Assembly (NCBI RefSeq): GCF_023055435.1
Contig: NW_025963890.1
Coordinates: 53,010,001 to 53,074,000, forward strand
Length of the DNA stretch: 64,000 bases
Direction of reading: 5' to 3'
Source: Haliotis rufescens
Lineage: Eukaryota
A program made the position numbers and the translations under genes. Below, piece after piece: positions 12,633-22,850 of this stretch. The notes beneath the pieces are model-generated. The model did not search any database, was not told the DNA's origin, and worked only from the letters and a program-made list of their open reading frames with translations. Within the stretch, counting starts at the first letter, position 1; the number at the start of each line of letters is the position of its first letter.

Positions 12633-15558
12633 ATGCGGGGCCCGCGGGCTCTGCTGGCTTTAGCGGTCCTCTGCGTCCTCGCCCCCTCTGTCCTGGGCGT
12701 CCGCTGCTCCCGACCCGCGTCGTGGTCGGTGGATGGCGTGCGCCCGATGGAGCAGTTGCGCGGCAATGTGACGTTGGTGGCGCTGCTAAAGGCTAGCTGA
12801 TCCTTCTGTAGAACCCAGGCCGCAAGGTGAGTGTTGCAGTGTTAAAAAAGCACTTCGAGTGGTAACAACACTACCAGTGATAAAATGTATCTTCATTTCT
12901 TGATGCCTGACGCCATCCTCGATTATCCAGAGTATTATGTATCCATTCAGTTTTATTAAATTCCCTGAACGCATTCTCCACCATGGCGTTGTTTGGGAAG
13001 TGACGCAACCCTATCGCTCCTATTTTTGACCTGGCACAGAATGTTTGTTTGTTTGTTGTTTAACGCCACATTCAGCAATATTCCAGCAGTCTGTAAATAA
13101 TCGAGTCTGAGCCAGACAATCCTGTGACTGATGTCATGAGCATCGATCCACGCAACTGGGATACGATGACATGCATCAACCAAGTCAGCGATCCTGACCA
13201 CCCGATCCTGTTACTCGCCCCTTACTACAAGCATAGTCACTTTTTACGGAAATTAGGGGTTGTTGACATCCTATTGTTACCCGGATCTTCACGGGTATGG
13301 CACAGAATGTCTCTCGCTGCTCAGAGTAATTTGATTGGACGCTTTTGTTTGCGTCGTGCTGTTAGAATCGGTCTTAGAACTGATGTTGGGTCCAGGGTGT
13401 TTATCATCATAGAATGGCCTGAATCGTGATCGTTTGTGGAATCTTTTTTTATAACTGTTAAACTACAAGTCTTCCTAGGATATATGCAATGAATAGAAAT
13501 ACAATTACCTCTCAGTTAATGTAAGAATATGACATATCCTTATTCACTCACTCACTCATTCCCCTTCAGTCTGGAAGTTCTCCGGGGTTTGTTTGCTGAT
13601 CACAACATGCCCGACATCAACATGATCATCATCAACGCCTACGACAACGCCTCCCTCGCCCTGTACAACGAATTCGCCAGTCTGGTCACCTTCCCCGTGT
13701 ACCAGGACACCCCACAGCTTGGACTCTGGGAACGGGTCTACGGCGGCCACAAGGACGATTTCTTCATATTTGACAGGTCGGGAACTTACTAACTTGGCAA
13801 ACTGGCATTACAAATTAAAACCAGTAGTTCCTTCATGGAACGCTTATTCTTGCAGACTTGGCAGCCTTCATACCATGAGTGGATCCTTGGATCGACTCGA
13901 AAGTCGGGTAACTTCGTCTTGGGTTGTTGTGCCATTCATTAAGTGTTTATTATAGAAAGCGGGTCACATTTGGGCTCGAGTCTAAAATAGAATATCAAAC
14001 GCTGTCGGAGATAATGGGTGCAATATTCACTAGCTAGACAACTATACGTCAGTTTTTACACAGTTTGACAATTCTGTCCCCTGACCTTGAGGATTACCAG
14101 GGGAAGCCCCCTTCTGTTGTAGTAACTGGTCCCACTGACAATAACTTAATTCGGCATCGGTTTTCCCCTTCTAGATGTGGACAAGAGACCTACCATATCC
14201 AGTTTCCGATGACCTACCTTCAGTACCACTACACCCAGAGTGCTCTCATTGCAACCTACCGGGACAGCCCTTGCTACTGTCGGCTCAACTCCCGGCACCA
14301 TCAAGGTCAACAAGGTCAACGAGGTCAACGAGGTCAACGGGGTCAACAAGGTCACGGCCACGGCCAGTCCTCCTCTCGTCATCATTCCAACTCTAATCAT
14401 CAGATGCAGGGAGATGATCCTACAGTACAACGTGTGCCCTCCAGATCTCCCAGATGTCAAGACCTTTTGTGTAGGATTCTCAGAAGACTGAGACGTCAGA
14501 ACAGGCTTAACCTGAACAGAAATAGCTATTCCCATCGCCACAGGCAGCACTGAGCCTGCCCCAACTCCCCTTCCACGACCCTTGTACCCACCCATGATTG
14601 TTTGTGCTCCTCGCAGGAGTCGAGCCGCAGATGATCGTGTTACCAGCAGCTGACTGACCTCGGTGACAGTCGTCCTGTGGGCTGGAGGTGTTCCTGACAT
14701 CACCCATCTGCAGTTCTGAGGGACAGATGTCTCTGTCAGTCCTGCAGACATCAGTCACGCCAATCCAAACCCTGACGTCTTGAGAACAGGTGACAGTGAC
14801 GTCAGCAGAGTGATCTGTCACTGAAACGTTGTCAGTGACCGTCAGTCACAGAATCTAGGTGCAGCTGACCATCCTTTGGCGACTGTGAGTGCCGTTTTAG
14901 ACATGACACTTGATCATGATCTTCAACGGTTGCCCGTCGCTGAAACTGCCCTAGTGGCCCCGAGTGCTGACAGTGTCTCGAAGGAGGTCGGGACTGTCAG
15001 TGACCAAGGTCCGGATCTGCTTGACAGTGACCAGGTACTGGGTCTTCCTGACAGTGACAGCTTCAGACATCTGATAGGTCACCCTCATCCTGACAGTGAC
15101 CAACTGGGTTGGGGGGTACCTGACAATGACAACATAGCTCAGGACAAAATCCATCGTCTTGACAATGACCTTCAGGTCTAGGGTCCCCTTGACAGTGACA
15201 AGGGCAGGTCGCTAGTGGTGCAGGTTCATTGTACCAGTGACAGGCACATGAGTCAGGTTCAGTTTCCTGACAGTGTCAGACTCAGCAACAGTCCTGAGAC
15301 TGACCATCTGGACTGGCAGGTTCTTGACAATGACAAGGGCAGTCCAGTTCTTCTTCCATCTCCTGTTCCTGACCGTCTGGTTTAGAATCCTGACAGTGAC
15401 AAGGTCACAACTCAGGTGTGTCCTCTCCATCCACCTGAGTGTGATCGGAGAGCGGCAGGTCCACCTCCCGAGTCACGTGACAATGACCTCTCCGATGACT
15501 TCCCTCTCTGGGTGCTCCTTGACAGTGACCCATAGGAAGAGGCGCTGAATGACAGTAG
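12633..15558 (+). CDS. SELENOP: Selenoprotein P with 43 in-frame UGA (Sec) codons; coding exons 12633-12826, 13570-13776, 14175-15558; 594 aa
   Basis: Signal peptide MRGPRALLALAVLCVLAPSVLG. VTLVALLKAS-TGA-SFC matches the SELENOP UxxC motif. Exon 3 FPVYQD...LWERVYGGHKDDFFIFDR|CG is a SelP_N hallmark. GT-AG junctions are in phase 2/2 and the total is 1785 nt (595 codons). The frame from 14551 has 42 TGA and no TAA/TAG until TAG at 15556-15558. SECIS lies downstream. Confidence 0.95.
13045..13297 (-). mobile_element. SINE-like repeat family B; other copies at about 12379-12565(-), 17541-17727(-), 20427-20687(-), 26766-26960(+), 32226-32477(+), 41915-42125(+), 54972-55155(-), 62870-63078(+)
   Basis: Shared core GTCGTAAGAGGCGACTAACGGGATCGGGTGGTCAGGCTCGCTGACTTGGTTGA with an (AAAC)n tail. 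This copy has TSD TGGCACAGAATGT. Confidence 0.85.
14551..15558 (+). CDS. SELENOP: Sec/Cys-rich C-terminal domain of SELENOP (UQU repeats), part of the last exon
   Basis: Manual translation, e.g. ...DCQUPRSGSAUQUPGTGSSUQUQLQTSDRSPSSUQUPTGLGGTUQUQHSSGQNPSSUQUPSGLGSPUQUQG...APUQUPIGRGAEUQ*. TGA alternates with TGT/TGC in CxC, CxU, UxC and UxU motifs. Confidence 0.9.
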
Positions 15559-15735
15559 TCTGTCACTAGCTTCCACTTGCCAACCATATACTTCCTCCTC
15601 TAAATAATTGTTGATTCCAAACGATCCTATCCCTGAAATTGAAAGCAAATGTCACACATATATAAGTTTGTTATCAACAGTTGTCCTGTATCTTTCTCCT
15701 CTTCCACTATGAACTTCTTAGCTGTCCAGAAAGAG

Positions 15736-15802
15736 GCCAGTGTTAATGAAAGCATTTGGGATAAAACCTGGCGGTCTCCCAATGAAGGAAGTGAGAACTG
15801 GG
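15736..15802 (+). promoter_or_regulatory. Probable proximal SECIS element
   Basis: CCAGT..ATGAA (15746), AGCATTTGGGAT, AAAA, CC-TGGC-GG, TCTCCCAATGAA, GGAA..ACTGG. Spacing to the apical As and the lower helix are correct, but there are mismatches next to the quartet and a bulge. Confidence 0.5.
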
Positions 15803-16245
15803 GTATCGCTGGACGTCTAGGGACAACATAGGGCAGAGATCATCCATGTTGCATTACCATCAATCTTTGTATTCATCTTTCATCACAAGGTGGGGCACAT
15901 TACAAAACACATAAAACTTTCATCAGACGAGTGAGTGGTAGTGAACATATATTTGTTAAAGTGTTTTTTCTGCTTTGTCCTGTGCCTCTGTTTTGACATG
16001 ATCTGATTATCAATGTGTGTTTAAGTATTTGTGGGTGGTTTTATTCAAAGGATGTGAAATAAGTGTAGAACCTTACCCTTCAATGTCATCAAAAAATTGC
16101 ATTCCAAATTCCAAATTCCAAAGATGACCAACTATCAAGTGTTGGTCTTAATCCTACTGGACCATTTCAATGTTTTGTGTGAGGGACATATTTGGGTCAG
16201 GTTGCAACATTTGTGTTGTAGTATCGGCAACTCATGAAACTGTAG

Positions 16246-16330
16246 CTATTGACTTCTACCGAAAATGAGAAGCCATTACAAAACTTGGAAAAGCGTAGTG
16301 GTTTTGATCAACTGGTGAGAATGCAATAGA
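16246..16330 (+). promoter_or_regulatory. SECIS element (form II) in SELENOP 3' UTR
   Basis: ATGAG (16265), helix AAGCCATTAC, apical AAAA, mini-stem CTT..AAG, then GTAGTGGTTT and TGAT (16305). Helix II pairs 10/10 including G.U. Lower helix TTCTACC/GGTGAGAA and TATTG/CAATA. Confidence 0.9.
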
Positions 16331-16360
16331 TACAGACTCGAGGTTTTGTGTGAGTTTATG

Positions 16361-16366
16361 AATAAA
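16361..16366 (+). terminator. Polyadenylation signal of SELENOP
   Basis: AATAAA about 30 nt after the SECIS, followed by a GT-rich tract (ttgatgttgtttatt). Confidence 0.65.
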
Positions 16367-16406
16367 ACCATTTGTCCTTACTTTGATGTTGTTTATTCTG
16401 GTATTA

Positions 16407-16572
16407 GGGGCGGTCAAGTAGCCTAGTGGTTAAAGCGTTCGCTCGTCACGCTGAAGACCCGGGTTCGATTCCCGACATGGGTACAATGTGTGAAGCCCAT
16501 TTCTGACGTCCCCTGTCGTGATATTGCTGGAATATTGCTAAAAGCGGCATAAAACCAAACTCACTCACTCAC
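16407..16572 (+). mobile_element. tRNA-derived SINE (family A)
   Basis: Near-identical to the 12000 copy. TSD TATTCTGGTATTA at 16394 and 16573. Confidence 0.9.
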
Positions 16573-16948
16573 TATTCTGGTATTAGGAAGAGTTGGATAG
16601 TTCCAGGATCCATGTACCTCAAGTTGCTGAAGACAACCAGTAGCCAGTGAGATGTGAGTAGCCTCTTGTCAAAAGGTCAAGAGCCTCATTCCACAAAGCG
16701 ATCTTTGAGCTACAACTATTGTTAGCCTGTGTCAGAGTCTGATAGTTGCAGCTATGATTGTTTTTGTGGAACAAGGGTGTGAGGGTTGTCTCCCCTGATT
16801 GTCTTTCTTTCCAAGTTTCTTTCATCACCATACTCATCTTTTGGTAACCTTGTACGAGATTGGTTTGTCCAGGAATGGCACGAGTTGGTCATGAATGTTC
16901 CAAGTCTATGGCTGTAAGATGTCTTCTGGGTTTCCTTCTAACGTATTC

Positions 16949-17505
16949 GGGGGCACTGGTGACCCAGACGTCCAAGGCGCTGTGATTCGCTGTCCCTTGG
17001 ACTCGCCAGAAACCTATGATTGTGGGTTTGAATCCTAGTTCGCCCCGATGAGGTTTCTAGGTCTGTCAGCACCATACCTTTGCTCGTTGGTTTCACCGAA
17101 GTGGTAAACGTCTGAGACCAGCATCACTCTGCACTTTCCTCCCACATTCAGCTGACACGCTGTGATATAACTCGAATACTGTTAGTGAGTGAGTGAGTTG
17201 GGTTTAACGCCGCTTTTAACAGTATTCCAGTTATATCGCGGCGTGTCAGCTTAATGTGGGAGGAAAGCTTGAAGTGATGCAGGTCTTAGACGTTTACCAC
17301 TTCGGTGAAACCCACGAGCACGGGTATGGTGCTGACAAACCTAGAAACATAATCGGGGCGAACCGGGGTTCGAACCCACAATCATAGGTTTCTGGCGTGC
17401 CCAAGGGACGTGACTCTGCACAGCGAATCGCGGCGCCTTAGACGACTTGGCCACCCGTGCCCCCCCGAATACTGTTAAAAGCGACATTAAACCCAACTCA
17501 CTCAA
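16949..17505. mobile_element. Two family-C SINEs nested in opposite orientation; further copies at about 44029-44265(-) and 55460-55645(-)
   Basis: The plus copy 16949-17184 continues after 17477. The minus copy 17185-17465 is flanked by TSD CGAATACTGTTA (17173 and 17466). B-box-like GGTTCGAACCCC and an (ACTC)n tail. Confidence 0.85.
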
Positions 17506-19438
17506 TAACTCTAACATATTCTGCCTCAGGCAAACATGATTGTTGTTGTTTGTTTGTTGTTTAACACCGCACTCAGCAATATACCACGGAATTGGGATAT
17601 GATTACATACCAAGTCAGTGAGTCTGACCACTCGATCCCGTTAGTTGCCTCTTACGACAAGCATTGTCACCTTTTATGGCAAGCATGGGTTGCTGAAGAC
17701 CTATTCTACCCCGGATCTTAACGGGTCGAACATGGGCTTAGCCACCTTGCAGAAGTTGAAGGAAGACAAGTGTCAAAGAGTATCTGTTCTTGTGTGAAAC
17801 TGATCTTTTGTACTTATTGTTTCTAGGAGAATTATTTCCATGGAACAGATTTTACAAGGAATATTTTCATGAGACATTTACACTGGCAATATTTGTTATG
17901 GATGGAGCTTATTCCATGTGGAACTGATCACCGTTGACACAAGCATGGGAATTTGTTTCCCTCTTCTTCCCAAGAATCCACACAGGGAGACAAGCATTAC
18001 AAAAATGTTGTACTCGTGAAGGTAAAAAACTTTATTCTTTGGTCAACATTAGGCAAATAGACTGTTGATATGCCTTTAAAATGTCAGGATATTATTTGGC
18101 ACATAATAATATTACAATGTTGTGTGCTGTTTAAGCACTTCAAATTAGTGAACATTTTGCATGTGGTACCTTTAAACGCTTCCAATAGGATAACAAAATT
18201 ATTAATATACCATATACTGGCAGATTCATCAGAAACATGCTGAACTTCATGCAATCATCATTACAGCTGACCAAATAATATGCAGTAGTAAATAGCACCA
18301 TCTTGAGAAGAATATGTATTATAACAAAAGTTATGCACAAGACTTACAAACTACACAAACTTTTCTAAATATTTTGAATAAACTTCAAATGGAACTGAGT
18401 AAGGTTCGATGTGCTCCAGTTCTACCAATACAGTTCACAATCAGACAAATAACAGACAACAAGGTCAAAATCATCAAAAAGACCAAAATTGGCACATAGA
18501 GTTATGATACTGGGCAGTGAATGGACGGAAAAAGCAAACATGGACATAGCACCAAGCATCGATTGTGACCAGAGTAACACTGCTGCTACTATCAACTGGA
18601 CAGAATATACGAACCTAAGAGATAATACGGAGCAAGTATTTGAGATTGGTATCTCTTCATGAGAACAGCAACTGTTGTGAACAATGGGCTTTTTAGTAGA
18701 AGACTTAGTCTTTTATCTAATATTGTTTGCACAAACATGCGGTGAGGCTTCAGCAGAAATATTTATAACATGTAACCATGGTAACAACAGAATATGGTCA
18801 TATAAACTACGTCGTGATCATCGTTTGATTGACTGCAAGCACAAAACATAAAACTCAATGAGTCCCTCCACTGTAGAGAAGACTATTGATAATACATACT
18901 TAAGAACAAGATCCATGTCACATTTGAAACAACATGGCGCCCAAAGAAACAGTACATCATTGTATACTGAAATATCAGCTCATGCAATAATATGTTCCTA
19001 ATTTCCAAATTCATCTGTATTGATCATTTCTTGGTTAAACGATCTACACTGTAACTTTTTCTTCATGCTATGTATGAGTCATATGTTGAAGTTAAATGTT
19101 TCCCAGAAAAATACCATTTGGAATTTGAGATTGTCACCGACAGAAAAACATACTAAATGTTGAATTTTAACGCATGTGTCCAGGCAATTATGGAACAATT
19201 ACAAGCTAAAGGCCAATCAGTAGTTATTTCATTATCTATTAAATCATTTAAAATAAACTGATCTGACATGTATATGACATCATTATGTCCTGCACCTGAT
19301 TAGCATGGCCAAGAACTTTGCTAGTTTTGACATATTGCATATGACGTACATTGCAGTGGAATGAGCTGAGTCATCAAGACAATAGTACTCTGAAATTGTC
19401 TTGTGGCCCTGATTTTACACATTGATCTCTCGATCTTC

Positions 19439-22400
19439 TCACAACTCTTCATGTTCATGTTCCTGGTCATCGTGGTGTGCTTGGTAGGGCAGATCCAATG
19501 GAGTTACCTCTTCCACTGCATCAAGTATAGCTTCTTTGATGTCGTCTACATCCACCCAGGGCCCCCAGGCATTAACCACATGTCCCTTGCCATCAACCAA
19601 GTATTTCCAGAAGTTCCATGTGGGAGATTTGCCAGCCTCGGCTGAAATATCAAAAGTAATACATCACATAACACTGTCAGTGTTCAGAATAAAGGATGTT
19701 GGTCCATGTTTCTTGTCATAAGTCCAATACTATAAAAATAAGAGATTTAGGAGCTCTCTAAACTTGCATTGTGCAATAGAAAACCAAAAACACCCCCATT
19801 AAACTAGTGGTGGGACGATACACTGATGCCTTGGTGGATCACGATGTTTTACTTCTCTATACAAGTATCGATCACAGTCGCACACTAGGTAAAAAGTATC
19901 GATTCTGACCTTAAATGTTTGCTTTAATAACTGTTCCACTTAATACTAATCAGTAGTGCAAGTTAATAGTGAAAACATAAATATTTTCATTTGTTGTGCC
20001 ATACTTGACACTGCCAACTGTAAATCATCAGTGTACCAGGTATTTGGCCATCCTCTCTATGAAAAAGATGGCTTACGCACCACAGATAAGTGCACATGCA
20101 AGTATCAGCTCATAAGTAGGGTATCGTGATACGTATCGGATCTCACAGTTGGTGTATCGTCCCAGCCCTACATTAAACACTGATTGTGGCAGATCATATT
20201 GAAGCTGACTGACACAATCAGTGAGTACCACTCTAATCATCATGGATTACAAAAAGAAGCACTGAAAACATCTGCAAAACAAACTGTTCTGTTGACAAAT
20301 CCTAGAAAAGATTGTGTAAATACTGCAACACTAACTTAATCAATGTTGTCAGGAAAGATTTCTGTACTCATTAACAATAGATGAGGCTGTGTGGGCAGGA
20401 TATTGAGAGATGTATTATTTCAAAAGTTGGTTTGTTGTTTAATGCCACACTCAGCAATATTCCAGCTATATGACAGTGATCTGTAAATAATCAAGTCTGG
20501 ACAGGACAACCCAGTGATTGATATCATGAGCATCAATCCACGCAATTGGGATTGATGACATGCATCAACCAAGTCAGCGAGCCTGACCACCCGATCCCGT
20601 TAGTCGCCTTTTACGACAAGCATAGTCATCTTTTACAGCAAGCATGGGTTGCTGAAGACCTATTCTACCCCGGAATCTTCACGGGTCAATATATATTTCA
20701 AAAGAATATCAAGCAACAGGTAACACTTATTTTACCAATGAGCAGTTTCCATGCCTCTGGTACACTATCGCCGGTGACATCAATCTTGGCAAACATGGGG
20801 AAGTTCACCTTGTACTTCCGCTTCACAAACTGGTCGATGTCAGTGCTGCTCTGGAAGACCAAGAACACACATTGACGAAAACTGAGTATATTATTTCACT
20901 AAACAACACTTGTTCACACTTAATTTGTCCTGGATATGATGTCAGCTGACATACAGTATTACCAATTTTCACCTAAACATGATTATGGCTTTAATAGTTT
21001 CTATTTTTTGTTCATGTTCCACATGTGTTTGGACTTATAACTGAAAATCCCCACACTTTTCACCACCTGAAACATGTATCTCATGACATGGAAAAACCTC
21101 CCTTTCGATGCAATGTTTTCTTTCTTCCTGTCACCCTGTGCAAACCTATAGATCGATTTTTTTACTTGACATTTTGAACCAAAGAGCTACATGCAATGCA
21201 ACGTTGTGATTGTGATATCTAACGAATGCTAACAGGCCACAATTGTGATGCCCTGACAATGACTATTTAAGGAAAGAAACTTGTTTCAACTATTTTACCT
21301 TCATCAAATCTCAATGAGATAGTGGCTGCATTGGCATATCTCAATTAATTTTATTTTTTGTTATAAAGACATCATTTGATCATGGTTGACGTTCAGAACT
21401 CCAAATAATCCCTTCCTAGCTCAGAACTTATTACAATATTTCAGTCAGGATACCTATAATGCCTCAGAGCCTGCATCAGTGCTTCATGTTATTGTCAACT
21501 CATAATCAGAAGCCAATGAAAATACTAACCCCAGGCTCTTGAGAACCAAACTGGTTACAGGGAAAGGCAAGTACTGTGAACCGGTCAGTATGAACCAGCT
21601 CATTATACAGTCTAACTAGGCCTTTGTAGTGCTGGTCTGTGTAGCCACACTCACTGGCCACATTCACCACCAGGGATACCTGCCAATATACAAGTAACAT
21701 GCACAATATGTTTTCAAACGGCATTTATAAACAATGTTCACAAGTTTAGTTATAACTCTTGCATGCGCCTTAAGTGGAGACACCTGATCATCTCTTGGAC
21801 CAGATACAGAGAGGCTAATTTTTTACATGCCTTTATTTAATTTATATTTTCTGATAATGAGACTATTGATCAAAGAAACGTCAGTGGTAATAAATGAGAA
21901 TAAACATGAGGTAAATAGAACAGCCTCAAGGCAAACTGATGCCTAATCAGGTAATAAATCATTTGATAAATGCCCTTTAATTTAGAGTCCGAATGATTCA
22001 TTTTTTATCCTGAGGGGCGTATCCGGGCCCTTGGCTATCATTTGGGAGACAATAATATACTGACACATTGCATCTTGGTACACGAATCATTTAGTTTTCA
22101 GTGGTTGTGATGCTTTTCAAAGCATTCAGGAATACAAGTCCCAATTTCTAAACAAGCTTTCCACTGATGGCGTCGTCTTATTACTAAACAACTAGATATA
22201 CACGTACATTATTTTTCAACTTATGACACAACCCTATGACATGAAGTAAGATCTAAGCTCACTGTAGAAATTTTATTGCACAGCCAACCATATAGCATGC
22301 TTACACCGTGAATTTAACCCACCTTTCCCTTATATCTTTTCAATGGAACCAGATTTCCTCTCAGATCATACACGTCATACATGTAGAAATCTTTCGCCGG

Positions 22401-22544
22401 ATCAAATTTCTTGTCGTCTGCAACACTGCCCTGGTCATTTTCGAAGCATAAAGTTGCAACGGGAAAAATGGCTATGAAAATGATCGCCAACGATTGTATA
22501 AGTGTCATATCGCACTGGAATGGATTTGATTTTAACACTTTCAT
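19439..22544 (-). CDS. GPX7: Cys-type ER glutathione peroxidase (GPX7/GPX8 family); exons 22544-22323, 21679-21530, 20850-20736, 19641-19439; about 229 aa (alternative start 22508)
   Basis: GPx motifs [40 protein letters not shown] and [11 protein letters not shown]. Hydrophobic N-terminus and C-terminal HEEL ER-retention-type signal. The active site is TGT (Cys). Junction phases are consistent (690 nt). Confidence 0.92.
19805..20170. mobile_element. hAT-type MITE in GPX intron 3
   Basis: TIRs TAGTGGTGGGACGATACAC and GTGTATCGTCCCAGCCCTA. 8-bp TSD CATTAAAC. Confidence 0.8.
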
Positions 22545-22599
22545 TGTCAAGACAGCCCTGGAGACAAGAGGGTTCTTCTCTTGAATAGCACACGTGTAA

Positions 22600-22760
22600 C
22601 CCACAAAACATCAACAACGTGGAACCGGAAGTCTCGGAAAGTACCGTTGAGATCTCACACAGATTGTTTTGAGCTCGCTTGTTCAGCAACCAATCAACAT
22701 TCGTCCAGTCGAATGATTGGCCAATAACAAAGCGGTAAACTTAAACATAGAACGAAGCTA
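22600..22760. promoter_or_regulatory. Bidirectional promoter shared by GPX7-like and CDC20
   Basis: Start codons are about 307 bp apart, head-to-head. ETS-type CCGGAAGT at 22625. CCAAT at 22690 and 22721 (31 bp apart) plus ATTGG at 22716. Confidence 0.65.
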
Positions 22761-22850
22761 AGTTCGTGTTTAGACACGCCGAGAGAAGAGTGAAACACGA
22801 GAGAACGAATGAAAGAAAATATATTTATTTGAGTGATCAGCAGTTAAAGA

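Noticed and set aside
14146-15648. Multiple short ORF-track calls on both strands over the SELENOP last exon
   Set aside because: They are shadow frames of the TGA-rich true frame and have no recognisable motifs.
19439-19441. GPX terminal TGA as a possible Sec codon
   Set aside because: It follows the HEEL ER-retention-type end, the active site is Cys, and no SECIS was recognised. The TGA stops of CDC20 (after the IR tail) and TRAPPC5 are likewise true stops.
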